DNA of 62,998 nucleotides, filler included, from Stramenopiles sp. TOSAG23-2 (lineage: Eukaryota), in assembly GCA_900128395.1 (NCBI GenBank). It is 11 parts of 11 records of this genome, joined end to end, with 100 filler letters (N's around TTAATTAATTAA, not from the genome) between each part and the next. Parts side by side here need not be neighbours in the genome. Positions count along the whole stretch, not along the records: positions 46,832 to 53,396 come from LT650441.1; positions 53,497 to 60,058 come from LT650442.1; positions 60,159 to 61,528 come from LT653064.1; 8 more parts are not named here. The stretch is one strand, 5' to 3'. The position numbers and the translations under genes are program-made. The stretch's first letter is position 1; every line of letters begins with the position of its first letter. Below are positions 47,632-60,183 of this stretch, one piece after another. The notes beneath the pieces were generated by a model. The model saw only the letters and a program-made list of their open reading frames with translations, had not been told where the DNA came from and made no database searches.

Positions 47632-50187
47632 TTACTCATCACTCTGCTTCGTCACAAATCGTGTTAAACATATACCAAATGCACTTAATGCAGAAACTGG
47701 ATATTGGAAATCAACTGCAAAACGTGTATCTCCCATTCTACCCATTTGTACTAAAACATTGCTAACATCATCTGTATCAATTGTCCCTAATGGACTTTGC
47801 ATGTATTTTTGCCTTAAAAAGCGATCTTGTGGCGGAGAAACAACTAATTGAAAATTTTTAACAGACGTTTCGTGGGCACGACCTCTAAAATCCATCAAAT
47901 TAGAAGTACGGCCGGAACTAAAACCACGATTGTGCATACACATCATACGTTCACGACACATTATATTTTGTGCACCTTTAAAACGTATGCGATTAAACCA
48001 ACTTCCCATGGTATCTTCATCAGACATCGGCCGCCAATCAACCGTATGTTCCATACCATCCGCAGTTGCAATGATGGATGGAATACATACTTCCATGCGT
48101 CGATCAGTTTGCGTATCTTTACCACGTTGGAAGACAACATATCCCATCTCTCTACGAATCAACGATTCGCGTCCAGCTTTATTTGATTTCTTATTATATT
48201 CAGCAAATTCTTGATGTGAAGCTGTCATTACATCAACAGGATTTAAACCATTGTCATATACCGTATATTCCTTATTGCCTTTGGTTGATTGCAATTTACC
48301 AAGGTAACCTGGACCACGTTTCGCATGGTCTTTATGGAAATCAGATTCATTCAACGCCATGTAAACATTTGTACCACCTCCCATACTTCTCTTTTCCCGT
48401 GCAACCATTAATAACCTATCATCTTCCTCTAAACGCAATTCATACATTGTTGCTTTAAACATACTGCCTTTATTTTTTCGTATAATATAACAACATACAA
48501 ACATATCCTCCCCAGAATCAGGTGGATTTACAATCCATTCCTTCAATTTGTCTGGATCATTTGGAACCATGTCTTTCTCATAATAACGTATCGGTTCAAT
48601 TGAATCGGAGATGGATGAATCTTTCTCCAACATACCTTCTTCATCGATTGTTGATGATACACCATCATCCATATCATTGACTTGTCTAAAATCTTTCTTT
48701 TCTTGCAACTTTCGATTCATCGCTTCTTCATATTCCATATCATCTTGTGTTTTTCCACCACCGCGTCTTTCATCGTCATCTTCATCCGATTGTTGTTGTT
48801 GTTGCTGCTGCTCTCGTCTCATATTTCGGCGTGGTACTGGGACTGGGCTACCTTTCTTTCTGCTATTGAGCTCCATATCGTCATAATCATCGTCCATATC
48901 ATGATCATCATCATCATAATTGTTGCGATTGTTATTATTATTATTGTCGTTGTTGTTGCTTCTTCTTGTGTTGTTATTATTGTTTCTACCACGAGTATTA
49001 TTATTATTCCTATTATTATTATTATTCCTATTATTATTATCCAAAAGTTCTTCTGCCAAGAAAGCTTCATCATCACGATATTCATCAAATTCATCATTTG
49101 ATATATGCCCTTCAATATGTGAAACTCCTCTTCGACTTCCAATTGTTGACGGTGCACCTTTTGATCTTCTTCCACCACGATAATCTCGCCCTTCACCTCT
49201 TATACGAATTCCTCCATCATCCTCATCACTTAGTAAATCATCATCATCATCACCAAGTACATCACCATGATAATTTGAACTTGGATTTTTCCTGCCACCA
49301 CCTCTTTTAATACTACGAGGTTTTGGTTGTTGTAGCCTACCACCATCACGTGCAGTGCGGCGATTGTTACTATTGTTACTGTTTCTGTTTGTCCGTTCCG
49401 TTTGTACTTCCCATTCATGTGAAAAAACGTTTCCTACACCACCTAATGGATGTGACTTTCCATCATCATCATCATCATCATTATTAATTACACGATCGCG
49501 TTCCTCGGAATTAGTTTTACTACTACCACCATCTTCTAATTTATGCAAACCTTCATCACGTAATACATCATGTACACTTCGTGGCCCATCCATCATTGAC
49601 TTATTGTTGCTAATTCCTCCTTTTATTTTATTTGCTACTGCCATCTTTTCCTTGTTCATTGCAAATCGACTGGTATGGCCTTTCTTTTTATTTCCACCAC
49701 CAGTCATTTTAGCACGCAACATAGCACGTGCATTACCACCAGCAGTAATACGACCTTTTGGTGGTGGACCTTTTGGTGGTGCCATTCCAATTTTACTTCG
49801 TACCATATTTGCAGCCGATCTAGCTGGTTTTTTACCTTTAGGAGGTGGGCCCATGCGTGGTGGTGGTCCTACTTTTTTCTTACTATCGTTCGTTTTACCT
49901 TCTTGAACTTTACCTTCACTGACTTTTCCTTCGTTAAAATTATCATCGTCATCTGAACTATTATATTCATCTGAGTCATTATTTACATTTGTTTTCTTCT
50001 TATTTTCTAAATCTGGGTAATGAAATCGTGGACCCCGCTCATCCAACTCTTCATCCGAATCAAATCCACCATCATTGGAAAAGTCCCTGCTACGTGTTGA
50101 TACAACTTCCCTACCACGTTTTACAAATTCACTTTGCCTACGTTTTCCAAATATATCTTCAGTATCTTCATCAAATTTACTAGACAT
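47632..50187 (-). CDS. Tubby-like protein (C-terminal Tub domain)
   Basis: CYIIRK, YLGKLQS...YTVYDNG.NP, DFRGRAHETSVKNFQL, VQMGRMG..RFAVDFQYPVSALSAFGICL. Confidence 0.92.
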   Translation of the reverse strand: MSSKFDEDTEDIFGKRRQSEFVKRGREVVSTRSRDFSNDGGFDSDEELDERGPRFHYPDLENKKKTNVNNDSDEYNSSDDDDNFNEGKVSEGKVQEGKTNDSKKKVGPPPRMGPPPKGKKPARSAANMVRSKIGMAPPKGPPPKGRITAGGNARAMLRAKMTGGGNKKKGHTSRFAMNKEKMAVANKIKGGISNNKSMMDGPRSVHDVLRDEGLHKLEDGGSSKTNSEERDRVINNDDDDDDGKSHPLGGVGNVFSHEWEVQTERTNRNSNNSNNRRTARDGGRLQQPKPRSIKRGGGRKNPSSNYHGDVLGDDDDDLLSDEDDGGIRIRGEGRDYRGGRRSKGAPSTIGSRRGVSHIEGHISNDEFDEYRDDEAFLAEELLDNNNRNNNNNRNNNNTRGRNNNNNTRRSNNNDNNNNNNRNNYDDDDHDMDDDYDDMELNSRKKGSPVPVPRRNMRREQQQQQQQSDEDDDERRGGGKTQDDMEYEEAMNRKLQEKKDFRQVNDMDDGVSSTIDEEGMLEKDSSISDSIEPIRYYEKDMVPNDPDKLKEWIVNPPDSGEDMFVCCYIIRKNKGSMFKATMYELRLEEDDRLLMVAREKRSMGGGTNVYMALNESDFHKDHAKRGPGYLGKLQSTKGNKEYTVYDNGLNPVDVMTASHQEFAEYNKKSNKAGRESLIRREMGYVVFQRGKDTQTDRRMEVCIPSIIATADGMEHTVDWRPMSDEDTMGSWFNRIRFKGAQNIMCRERMMCMHNRGFSSGRTSNLMDFRGRAHETSVKNFQLVVSPPQDRFLRQKYMQSPLGTIDTDDVSNVLVQMGRMGDTRFAVDFQYPVSALSAFGICLTRFVTKQSDE

Positions 50188-50480
50188 ATTTCAAATTTTT
50201 AATATTTATTATTTAGTATCAATATATATACTAACTATTATGAATAACAAGAAGGGGGGAAGAAAAGCACGTACACGCACACACACACACACGAACGCAC
50301 GCGCGAATATTATATCTAATCTACTACTAAAACAATTATTAAATTCACTTATCACACACTTTTTGTTTTGTTTACAAACCACTACATGTTTTTCCATCCA
50401 TCTTACTTGTATGTTATTAATCGATTCACCGTTAATAATTCAATTTGTTTTTGTTTTTGTGATTTGTTTTTTTTTTAATG

Positions 50481-50832
50481 AAACAAAATCCATTTACCTC
50501 TTTTCCTTTCGACTTCCATATCATCGTATTATTTCATTTTATTTCATTATAAAATCTTCATCTTGTTTTGTCAAATTTATTCCTCCCTCCTATCTCAAAT
50601 ATCCGTATAAAAAGTTTTTCCATTATGATCGTAAGCAGAAATTATACTGTATTGCCACATCATCATATCTTCTTTAGATTTACTCATCAAATCAACTATT
50701 ATCGATCGGATATTTGAGATATGAGGGAGGGTTAAATTTGACAAAACAAGATGAAGAATTTATAATGAAATAAAATGAAATAATACGATGATATGGAAGT
50801 CGAAGGGAAAAGAGTTAAAATGGATTTTGTTT
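50481..50832. repeat. Long imperfect inverted repeat (foldback/MITE-like)
   Basis: Arms 50481-50605 and 50707-50832 are reverse complements with scattered mismatches; spacer ~100 bp. Confidence 0.9.
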
Positions 50833-51582
50833 TTTAAAATAAATTTAATCCTACAACTACAAATATATAGAACACGCCATATTTCACATCTTTTTCAACT
50901 GAAATGTTATACAGACACACTCTATCATCCAACAAAAAACAAAAAAACCCATCCATCATCACACACAACACACCAGGACAGTAATACCTTTTAATTTTTA
51001 CATTATGAATAGTTATACAGTATTATATATAGAGTGGTAAACCTGACCCTCTGACTTACTCCGGTCAAACTTAGCATGGATTGCAAGCGAAGCGTATGTA
51101 TCTCTGACTGAGTGAGAGTCTGTGAGGAGAGGCGGGATGTGGGATATTTTTATATAACGATCGCACGATCGATCCATCAAATAGGTTTTAAAATATAAAT
51201 TTTTTGTTGATAGTTATTATTATACTAAACTCCCCCTTTCCCTATCAAATGACAAATTAGAATACTATATACTTTCGTTTATATCCATCAAAACTGATCG
51301 AAAAAACATAGAATTTCTTTCTTCAAATAAAAAAATACATTTAAAACGGCGGTAACAACACCGGAATGTATAGGTTGTAAACAAAGAAGTTTGAACACAT
51401 CCTGAAGCGATTTGATTGTTTATCTATATTTACATCTTTTTCAAAAGTAATTTATTTCCTTTCTTTTTATATAGTCTATCTAAAAAAAAGAATATATAAA
51501 AAAAAACACACACATTTACAAATAAAGTATATATCACATTTTATATAACTACACCATTTGATATAAATTCCATATTATTAGG

Positions 51583-52839
51583 ATGGCAAATAAAAAAAAT
51601 AAAAGGAAAAAGAAAGTCAATAAATCATCAACAACGACTAATACGATAAATAATAAGAAACAAAAATTGTTAACTTCAAAAAATAAAGAGTTAATAACAA
51701 ATGCGACGACGACAACAACAACGACGACGACCAGAAAACCTACTGCTACTACCAACATACAAAATGTTAGAAGTAATGGTATTACACATGGTTTATTATA
51801 TGGTTATGAACCAAGACGTCGTAGTAGGAGAAAAGCAGAGGAAAACAATTTATGTTGTCCAACATTTTCATCCGTTTTTGAACAAGAACAACACAATTAT
51901 AATAACAATAACAACAACAACAACAATAATAATAATATCAATGGTAGTAATAGTAACAATAGTGGCAGCAAAAGTAAAACTACCAATGTAAATAAGAAGA
52001 AACAATTAAAGGAAAAGAGAAGACGAACGATGTTATCACCAAAAACATATCCAAGGCCACCAGCACCAGCATTATGTGGGGTGGAAGGTGCAGATGCTAT
52101 AAGTGCATTGTTGGAATTTGATATGAACGATGAGAAAGGTTGGTTAAGTGGTGCTTTAATGGATTACATCTTTTGTATTTTTGCACGTAAATATAAGAAA
52201 TGCATATTTTTGCCAACAATGTTTGCCGCACATGATTTGCATCGTGCCCATATGGAAAATAAAATCGATCAATTGGAATTAACAGATGTACTTGGTAACG
52301 TGGTTGATACACAACAAGCTTCACGTATTATTTTTTGTTTTAATGTTTTGAACAGGCATTGGAATGTTGTACAAATTGTTTTAAGGCCAAAACCAGAATT
52401 GCAATTATTTGAACCAATGGGAAAACCAAATCGTAAAGCAAATATACATCGTAATGGTGTCTCGGCACGTTCATTGCCACGACGCACATATGATTGGTTG
52501 GAAACTACATGGCCAATGCTATCATTAATAGAATCGATTAAAAAAATTGGCAAAAGTGTAGTGAATGGTGGTGGTAATAATAATAATATTTATCATAGCA
52601 ATGGGAAAACACCAACATCATGGACACAATCATCTGTTAGTGCAGTAACTGCTCAACACCAATTAACAAGTTTTGATTGTGGTGTTGCATGTTTATTATA
52701 TGCTGAAAAATTAGCAGCTGGACAAAATCGTACGGATGTTGATAAATGGACGGATCAAAGTGAAATTACACGATATAGAAGTTTATTAGGTCAAACATTA
52801 GCAAGTACCGTGTTAAAAGCAAAAACACCAAGAAAATAA
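51583..52839 (+). CDS. Ulp1/SENP-like (C48) cysteine protease
   Basis: WLSGALMD, FNVLNRHW (His), FEPMG (acid), QLTSFDCGVACL (Gln, Cys). Confidence 0.8.
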   Translation: MANKKNKRKKKVNKSSTTTNTINNKKQKLLTSKNKELITNATTTTTTTTTRKPTATTNIQNVRSNGITHGLLYGYEPRRRSRRKAEENNLCCPTFSSVFEQEQHNYNNNNNNNNNNNNINGSNSNNSGSKSKTTNVNKKKQLKEKRRRTMLSPKTYPRPPAPALCGVEGADAISALLEFDMNDEKGWLSGALMDYIFCIFARKYKKCIFLPTMFAAHDLHRAHMENKIDQLELTDVLGNVVDTQQASRIIFCFNVLNRHWNVVQIVLRPKPELQLFEPMGKPNRKANIHRNGVSARSLPRRTYDWLETTWPMLSLIESIKKIGKSVVNGGGNNNNIYHSNGKTPTSWTQSSVSAVTAQHQLTSFDCGVACLLYAEKLAAGQNRTDVDKWTDQSEITRYRSLLGQTLASTVLKAKTPRK

Positions 52840-53077
52840 TTTTTAATTATAAAAAAAATAAATAAAAAGAAAACACATTCAATATCATTAATATGTGTGT
52901 GGAATGTGGAAGATTATATATTTTATATTTAACGATCTCGGGTATTATATATGTATGAGAGAGAGGGAGAGTACCGCGAATAAAATGGGATAAATAGAAA
53001 TATTTTTAAATATATATGAAGAAAGAGAATGGTAATTTAAAAAATGATAATCATTATTTCGTTCGTTTTTAATTTTT

Positions 53078-53108
53078 CAGCGCACTTCTTCTAAGAAGAA
53101 GTGCGCTG
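53078..53108. repeat. Perfect 15-bp-arm palindrome
   Basis: cagcgcacttcttct-a-agaagaagtgcgctg. Confidence 0.9.
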
Positions 53109-53496
53109 GTGTGTCTAGGGATGTATATGTTCATTCTTTACATGCTGCGTATACATGTAGTTTAAAATATATTCTATATATACGTAGTGTTTATCGTTGA
53201 TGTGTGTGACTCTCTTTCAATCTCTATCTACACTCTTCTATAGGATCTTTACTCAATAAAAATAATTTTTTTTGTCTTTTTTTCCATCAATTTAATGTTG
53301 AATGAACTAAGAATGAATGAATATAAATATCAAATATAAATATATAGAAGAAAATGTTGAAGAGAAATAGAAATATATATATATATATATTTTTATNNNN
53401 NNNNNNNNNNNNNNNNNNNNNNNNNNNNNNNNNNNNNNNNTTAATTAATTAANNNNNNNNNNNNNNNNNNNNNNNNNNNNNNNNNNNNNNNNNNNN

Positions 53497-53795
53497 GTAC
53501 TATTCTTAAATGATAATTCTTCGTCCGTTATATATACAATACGATCCTTCGGTGAACCTCGTAGAGCATTATTCAATTGTAACGATTTATTTTCGCCCTT
53601 CGTAATAACCATTGACGTAGTAGTATGATGACTTTCTTTTTTCGCCGGTGGCTCGCTCACTAGCATCTTATGTAAGTCTTCCGCCAATTCAGGGTCGATT
53701 GATTTACGATTTACATCACGTGTACTAAGATTTGGACTGGTATTTGCACGATGAATTTTCTTCCTCAAAACATTTTTTTGCCCCACTCCCATCAC
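53497..53795 (-). CDS. Hypothetical protein fragment
   Basis: Open frame with coding-like composition running into the linker. Confidence 0.4.
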
Positions 53796-54345
53796 GGTAC
53801 TAGCAGGGTGGTCCTCCGGTGCTAAATTAACGACAACATTGGCTTTAAAATTATCAAGTGATACTTGATTTCCATCATTTGCATTTGTTGGCTATATAAT
53901 AAGAAGCAATATCATATAATATATATATATATATATATGCATATGTATAATTGTATATGTGTTAGTATGATATATATTAATATTATGTATATACATATGT
54001 ACATGTTTATTGAATCGATTAATAGATAGATTTTCTATGGATATAATTAAGACTGTAGCATGACTTTTGAAATTTATTCTCAAAAATTTATGTAGTGGTT
54101 GTATCATATACATACTGATATACTATTTATTCTCATTTCAGGCTATCAGTTACAATTGGCGATATATAAATAAGAGACACACACGGATAAAAAAGAAAAA
54201 TGTAAAAAAGTTTGAAAAAAAAATTGGGAACAAAACATTTTTTTAGTTTGTTTGGGTTGGTTTTTTTTTTTATATATATAAAGGTCAATATTTGTGTTTT
54301 TTGGTGGTATATCTGTGATGGTCAATCTACTAGATTGGGTAGAGT

Positions 54346-56484
54346 TTAAAAACTTACGTATTCTTCGTGTAAATAATTCAAAATTACACGGATATGCCCT
54401 TTTTTGACACCCATTTCTTTCAAATCGATTTCATTTAAATTCTTCAGACTTTCAATAGTATCAAATCCATCTTCATTAAATTTTTCTAGATATTGAGGTA
54501 AATTAACACGATCTAAAATTATCGATGCGCCTTTCCCAACTAAATCTTCCATATTATTCGCAGCCACTGGTGGTCCATCTATCAACGTTTTATCTTTTTC
54601 TATCGCCTCTTCTAACGCTTTTTCGCTTGAAATTCTAGGTAATGTATTCTGTTCTATAGATGTATCAGTATTTACGTCATTTTGTTCCTCTTGCGGACGC
54701 TGACCACGTACTTTTGCATAATTTAACAGAGTCTCATTCAAAGTTTTGTTGGTGTGTAAATTGGCATCTAGACCTTTCATAGCCATTTGGTCTGGTGTAA
54801 GTCCAGTCGATGTTTTTTTCTTCCAATGCTTTACGACTTGCACATTTGCATCATCATCTTCGCCAACGCTTTTTCTGCGGCGTACTTGCTTTTCATCTTC
54901 ACTAGGTGGTCTGTTAATTAAATAAGTTGCTATATCTTCTTTGCCGTACAAAGAGGCGTAATGGACAGGTAAACGTTGCAAATAATCCACCGCAGTGATG
55001 TGAAAATTATTTTGGACTAAAAATTTGACGACTTCCAAATTTGATTTATAAGCTGCAATATGTAATGCAGTTTGGCCAAGACTGTTGCGATAATATTCTA
55101 ACTTGATGGTATCTTTTTCTAGACTAACAATTTTGGACATTGACTTTGCCAAATCGTTCCATTCCTTCCATTTCTCCTTCAATTCTTTGACGGTTGTTTT
55201 TTTATTTCTAACAAGATTCATAAAAACTTCGCCTCTTTCTTTATAATAAACTAAAAATCTCCAAAAATGCAAAAAATTGGTATTTTCATCCTTTCTCTTA
55301 TGCAACATATCAGTCGCTGTTTCTTCGTTGACTTTTCTATGTATATTAATACCTCTTTGTACAAGATATGCCCCTGCGGCTTCCGCTCCTTTCGAAGCTG
55401 CCCAATGCAAAGCAGTAGCGTTGAAATGATCCGTGCTATTAATATCTATATCATATTTATTCACTAATAATTCAATAATTTGCCAATTGTTTCTCATTGC
55501 TGCATGACAAATCAAAGAGCGTCCAGTCTTATCTTTCATATTAATAGAGCAACGAGCTTCATCAACTAAATATGACAATAAGTTAGGATCGCCCATGTAT
55601 GCTGCGTAATGCGCAATGCTTTGATTTTCACTATCAACTGCATTTTCCCGTGCTCCACCTTCATCAACAAGCCACTTCGCAAGATTACCATTTTTTGAAA
55701 GAATTGCTAAATGTAATGCACTGCGTCCATATTCATCAGTTGTTTGTTCAAATATTTGTGGGAATTCCTCCATGGCAGCCTTAAATGCATCGACAATTTC
55801 ATCTTTTTTGCCTTTCAATAAAAACAAGCCATCAAATTTTTCTTGCATTAACGTTTCAATATCTTGTTTTACATTTTTTAAATCCGATTGCAAATTATTG
55901 CCAGTATCATTATTGTTATCATTATTACTATTGTTATTATCAACAACTGTTGAAATATTAATTGACGATGCTGGTCCTGGTTGACGAGTTTGTGAATTGT
56001 TAGTATCATTATTATTATTATTACTATTATTATTATTATTATCATTATTATGCTCTGACGTGACATTATTTGATGACAATTGTTGTTGCGTTGCATCATT
56101 GACTACTGCCATATCACTATTGTTGCTGTTATTGTTATTGTTGTTATTATTACCATTTTTCGGTGAGGATGGTATGGAAAAGTCAAGGTTTTCTGCTTGT
56201 ACCTGTTCTACCAAATCATCAACATTGCTATTATTATCGTTGTTGATATTATCATTATTGTTGTTGTTGCTGCTGTTATTATTATTATTATTATTATTAT
56301 TCATATGAGCTGCCGCCTCGTCACTACTCCCTCTTTGAATAATTCTCGTACTATTACTATTATTTTCTGAAGAAGCCACAGGCAATGGTTGGTTTTGTTC
56401 AACTACAGCGATATTTTGACTCATTTCTTCAGGATTTATTATACTATTAGTATCACTGCGAATCGTATTATTTGTATCTGTCAT
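54346..56484 (-). CDS. Ankyrin-repeat and SAM-domain protein
   Basis: GRSALHLA, TALHWAA, GQTALHIAA; C-terminal LPQYLEKFNEDGFD...DLKEMGVKKGHIRVIL fits SAM. Confidence 0.9.
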   Translation of the reverse strand: MTDTNNTIRSDTNSIINPEEMSQNIAVVEQNQPLPVASSENNSNSTRIIQRGSSDEAAAHMNNNNNNNNNSSNNNNNDNINNDNNSNVDDLVEQVQAENLDFSIPSSPKNGNNNNNNNNSNNSDMAVVNDATQQQLSSNNVTSEHNNDNNNNNSNNNNNDTNNSQTRQPGPASSINISTVVDNNNSNNDNNNDTGNNLQSDLKNVKQDIETLMQEKFDGLFLLKGKKDEIVDAFKAAMEEFPQIFEQTTDEYGRSALHLAILSKNGNLAKWLVDEGGARENAVDSENQSIAHYAAYMGDPNLLSYLVDEARCSINMKDKTGRSLICHAAMRNNWQIIELLVNKYDIDINSTDHFNATALHWAASKGAEAAGAYLVQRGINIHRKVNEETATDMLHKRKDENTNFLHFWRFLVYYKERGEVFMNLVRNKKTTVKELKEKWKEWNDLAKSMSKIVSLEKDTIKLEYYRNSLGQTALHIAAYKSNLEVVKFLVQNNFHITAVDYLQRLPVHYASLYGKEDIATYLINRPPSEDEKQVRRRKSVGEDDDANVQVVKHWKKKTSTGLTPDQMAMKGLDANLHTNKTLNETLLNYAKVRGQRPQEEQNDVNTDTSIEQNTLPRISSEKALEEAIEKDKTLIDGPPVAANNMEDLVGKGASIILDRVNLPQYLEKFNEDGFDTIESLKNLNEIDLKEMGVKKGHIRVILNYLHEEYVSF

Positions 56485-57520
56485 ATTTGAAATATATATA
56501 TATATATAATATTAATATTTCAACACCAATGTATGTATATGTGTATATGTATATTTATATCACTATACTTATTTGATAATATTATTATAACCAATCACCA
56601 AACTGTTAACAATAATATACTAATAAAAGCTACCAGTATGTATTTAATAAATAATAAATAATACGTAATTTTATCTAATGATACCAATAATATTTCTCCC
56701 CAAAGAAGATACGTACAAGTTCGTAAATGTATTAGATGCGCTGATACAAATGTCTCTGAAAGGAAGATGTGATGATGGTGGTAGATATGATGTTCTACAA
56801 CGTTGATTTGTTAAATCAATCTACTCTGATACATCAACATTATTGTCGACTTTTATATAATTTTTTGATAGATAGATCTATTATTAATTAGAATTAGATT
56901 GATGATTATTTATTATCCGTAAAATGACATTTTAAAACATTGTTATTAGTGCTATTTATATATTAAATCATTCAGGGAGTTGGTTGTTCCATCTAAAATA
57001 TGAGTAAAAGAATGGAATTATTATCATTATAAATGATGTATATATAGATTACATAATAATTATATATACCATAGTATAATGTAGATAAAAATTATATATT
57101 ATATCGGATATTATTAATATCTATTGTAAAAATGGTTTACTTTGCAATGTCAGTAGTTGATAAAAAGTGCTAGGGAATTGTTTTCATACCATTTTAGTAT
57201 ACAATTGTCATATTCATTTTTAACTCTATTTTCCCTTTTAAAAATAGACAGTTGCTGAGTTAATTCGCCATATATAGTTTACTATGGGAATACCATTTGT
57301 GATCACTATAGTTAGGTGACACATACACAAAACACCAAAAAACAAAATAACACTAATAACAATTGGAAAATAAAAAATGAGGTTTATAATGTGACTATTG
57401 CACCACGGATTTGGTGTGTGGTGTACAAAATTAATANNNNNNNNNNNNNNNNNNNNNNNNNNNNNNNNNNNNNNNNNNNNNNNNNNNNNNNNNNNNNNNN
57501 NNNNNNNNNNNNNNNNNNNN

Positions 57521-57668
57521 CCCCCCCCCGTCCTTCTTATTAATGCTATTAAGAGTCATATGAGTTAATAACAATTGAATCAACTCGGTATTCTTTCCGT
57601 TCCAACGTGCTGCCCAATGTAATGCATTCCTTCCACCCCACAAATTATTAGGATCAGCTTCACCTTTT
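57521..57668 (-). pseudogene. Isolated fragment of the same ankyrin family as 37258-40054
   Basis: GEADPN...NALHWAA...TELIQLLLTHMTLNSINKK closely matches 38680-38820; adjacent to an N gap. Confidence 0.65.
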
Positions 57669-57960
57669 TTTGATTAATTTCCACTTCCAAGTATAAATTA
57701 CAGTATACCGTATTATGTGTCATTTGATAGGTAAAAATCAAAAAATACGAGCAGCAACAACAAAAAAATTTTTTTTTCAAAAAAAACAAAAACAAAAATT
57801 GAAAAAATATTGAATGACTTTTAACTTTCTAGTCTTCTCAGTGTGTCTGCTGTACATTCAAAACCAGAGATAAACAAGACAAAGTTTATTATTATCATAT
57901 ACATATATACATATATTTTGTGTGTGTATTGTTATTTGTATATTTAATTTTTATAGTTAC

Positions 57961-57997
<37 letters not shown>

Positions 57998-58048
57998 CTA
58001 GATTGATATTATTATTATTTTAAAATTTAATAAAAAAAAAAAAACATA

Positions 58049-59248
58049 ATGGCTGCAGTTGCTACATCGAATAATAATGACGGAATACGTTCGTATTACC
58101 TTGCAAAAATTAGTCAAGCAGAAGTTGCTGTGCAAGTAAAAGAAAGAAATTTAGCACGTTTGCAAGCGCAACGGAATGAATTAAATACACGCGTAAGGTC
58201 GTTACGGGAAGAAGTATATAAACTACATCAACCTGGTGCATACATCGGTGAAGTTATAAAAGTAATGGGGAAGAAAAAAGTACTTGTTAAAATGGGTAAC
58301 GATGGAAAATATATTGTGAATATTGATAAAGATATTGATATTGCAAAATGTACACCAAATACACGCGTTGCATTGAAAAATGATAACTACGATTTGTTCA
58401 AAATTTTACCAACGAAAGTAGATCCACTTGTTTCTTTGATGAAAGTGGAAGCAGTGCCTGATTCTACATACGATGTATGTGGTGGCTTAGAGAAACAAAT
58501 ACGAGAAATTAAAGAAGTTATTGAATTGCCTGTGAAACATCCAGAATTATTTGAAAGTTTAGGTGTATCGCAACCAAAAGGTGTTTTATTATATGGTCCA
58601 CCTGGTACGGGGAAAACCTTGTTGGCAAGAGCTTGTGCACATCACACTGATTGTACATTTATTCGTGTTTCTGGTGCAGAACTGGTGCAAAAATATATCG
58701 GGGAAGGGGCTAGAATGGTTCGTGAATTGTTTGTCATGGCACGTGAGGCAGCACCATCCATTATTTTCATGGATGAAATTGATAGTATTGGAAGTTCCAG
58801 AAACGAAGGTAGCAAAGGTGGTGATAGTGAAGTTCAGCGTACGATGTTGGAACTGTTGAATCAATTGGATGGTTTCGAGCCAAAGCAAAATATTAAAGTC
58901 ATCATGGCAACCAATCGTATTGATATTTTGGATAGTGCATTGTTGCGCCCAGGACGTATTGATCGTAAAATTGAATTTCCACATCCAAATGAAAAAAGTC
59001 GTGAATCTATTTTGAAAATTCATTCAAGAAAAATGAATTTAATGCGTGGTATTAATTTAAAAAGCATTGCAGAGAAAATGCCTGGTACGAATGGTGCAGA
59101 ATGTAAAGCAGTATGCACGGAAGCTGGTATGTTTGCATTGAGAGAACGAAGAATTCACGTAACGCAAGAAGATTTTGAAATGGCACGTGCAAAAGTGATG
59201 AAGAAAGATAGTGAAGCAAATACAAGTTTGAAGAAATTATGGAAATAA
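58049..59248 (+). CDS. PSMC5: 26S proteasome AAA-ATPase subunit RPT6
   Basis: [58 protein letters not shown]-terminal KKLWK. Confidence 0.97.
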   Translation: MAAVATSNNNDGIRSYYLAKISQAEVAVQVKERNLARLQAQRNELNTRVRSLREEVYKLHQPGAYIGEVIKVMGKKKVLVKMGNDGKYIVNIDKDIDIAKCTPNTRVALKNDNYDLFKILPTKVDPLVSLMKVEAVPDSTYDVCGGLEKQIREIKEVIELPVKHPELFESLGVSQPKGVLLYGPPGTGKTLLARACAHHTDCTFIRVSGAELVQKYIGEGARMVRELFVMAREAAPSIIFMDEIDSIGSSRNEGSKGGDSEVQRTMLELLNQLDGFEPKQNIKVIMATNRIDILDSALLRPGRIDRKIEFPHPNEKSRESILKIHSRKMNLMRGINLKSIAEKMPGTNGAECKAVCTEAGMFALRERRIHVTQEDFEMARAKVMKKDSEANTSLKKLWK

Positions 59249-59796
59249 TCTATTTAAATGTGATTATCTAATATACAATGGACTTAAACATTTTTTTTTG
59301 AGAAATAGTGAAGCAAATACAAGTTTGAAGAAATTATGGAAATAATCTATTTAATGTGATTATCTAATATACAATGGACTAAAACATTTTTTAAAACTAT
59401 ATATATATATTTGAAAAAAAGTAATGATAAAAAGTATTGATCAATGTGTTTAGAATTTGTTTTTGGTGAAAAGAGATTTTAAAAAGAAGAATATTTTGTA
59501 CACGCACTGTAGACCAGGGAGAGAAAATAGAACACAAGCCAAACGGTGTATAAAATTATATATAATATATATGCGTCATTTACTCTTACTTTTTTTTATT
59601 TTTCGAATATCGTACGACGTTTGATTCATTTTTTTTCATTTTTCTTACTACATCATCGAACAATTGAATGAACGCGTTTTAGTTTAAGTTTTCATTAAAA
59701 AAATATTGAACTAAGAACTAACAAAATAAATTAAGTAAGATATTGTGGAAAGACGATATATATATATATATATATACATATATAAAGAGAGGTTAT

Positions 59797-60058
59797 ATGA
59801 TGGCATCAATAAGCAATGAAAAATTACCAGCAAAAAGGCTGAAGAAGTCTACGTTGGAAGCGTTAGAAGAAGAACGTGCAGAACCTATTGAAATTGGGAC
59901 ATTAGTTTTACCAGCTGGATTTGAGTCTGCCTGCGGGATAATGACAAATATACTTCTAAATTTAGATATTAGATCATTATGTAATGTGAAACGATCTTCT
60001 TTAATACAACAATGTAGAAAACGATTTGGATGTGATGATTTTGAACGTGTACGTGATG
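59797..60058 (+). CDS. Truncated protein with a possible F-box-like motif
   Basis: NILLNLDIRSLCNV; runs into the linker. Confidence 0.4.
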
Positions 60059-60183
60059 NNNNNNNNNNNNNNNNNNNNNNNNNNNNNNNNNNNNNNNNNN
60101 NNTTAATTAATTAANNNNNNNNNNNNNNNNNNNNNNNNNNNNNNNNNNNNNNNNNNNNCTCTCACATCGTATGATAAACTCTT

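Noticed and set aside
51030-51145. GC-richer intergenic patch as a possible ncRNA
   Set aside because: No recognisable tRNA, snRNA or snoRNA motifs; would need an Infernal/Rfam search
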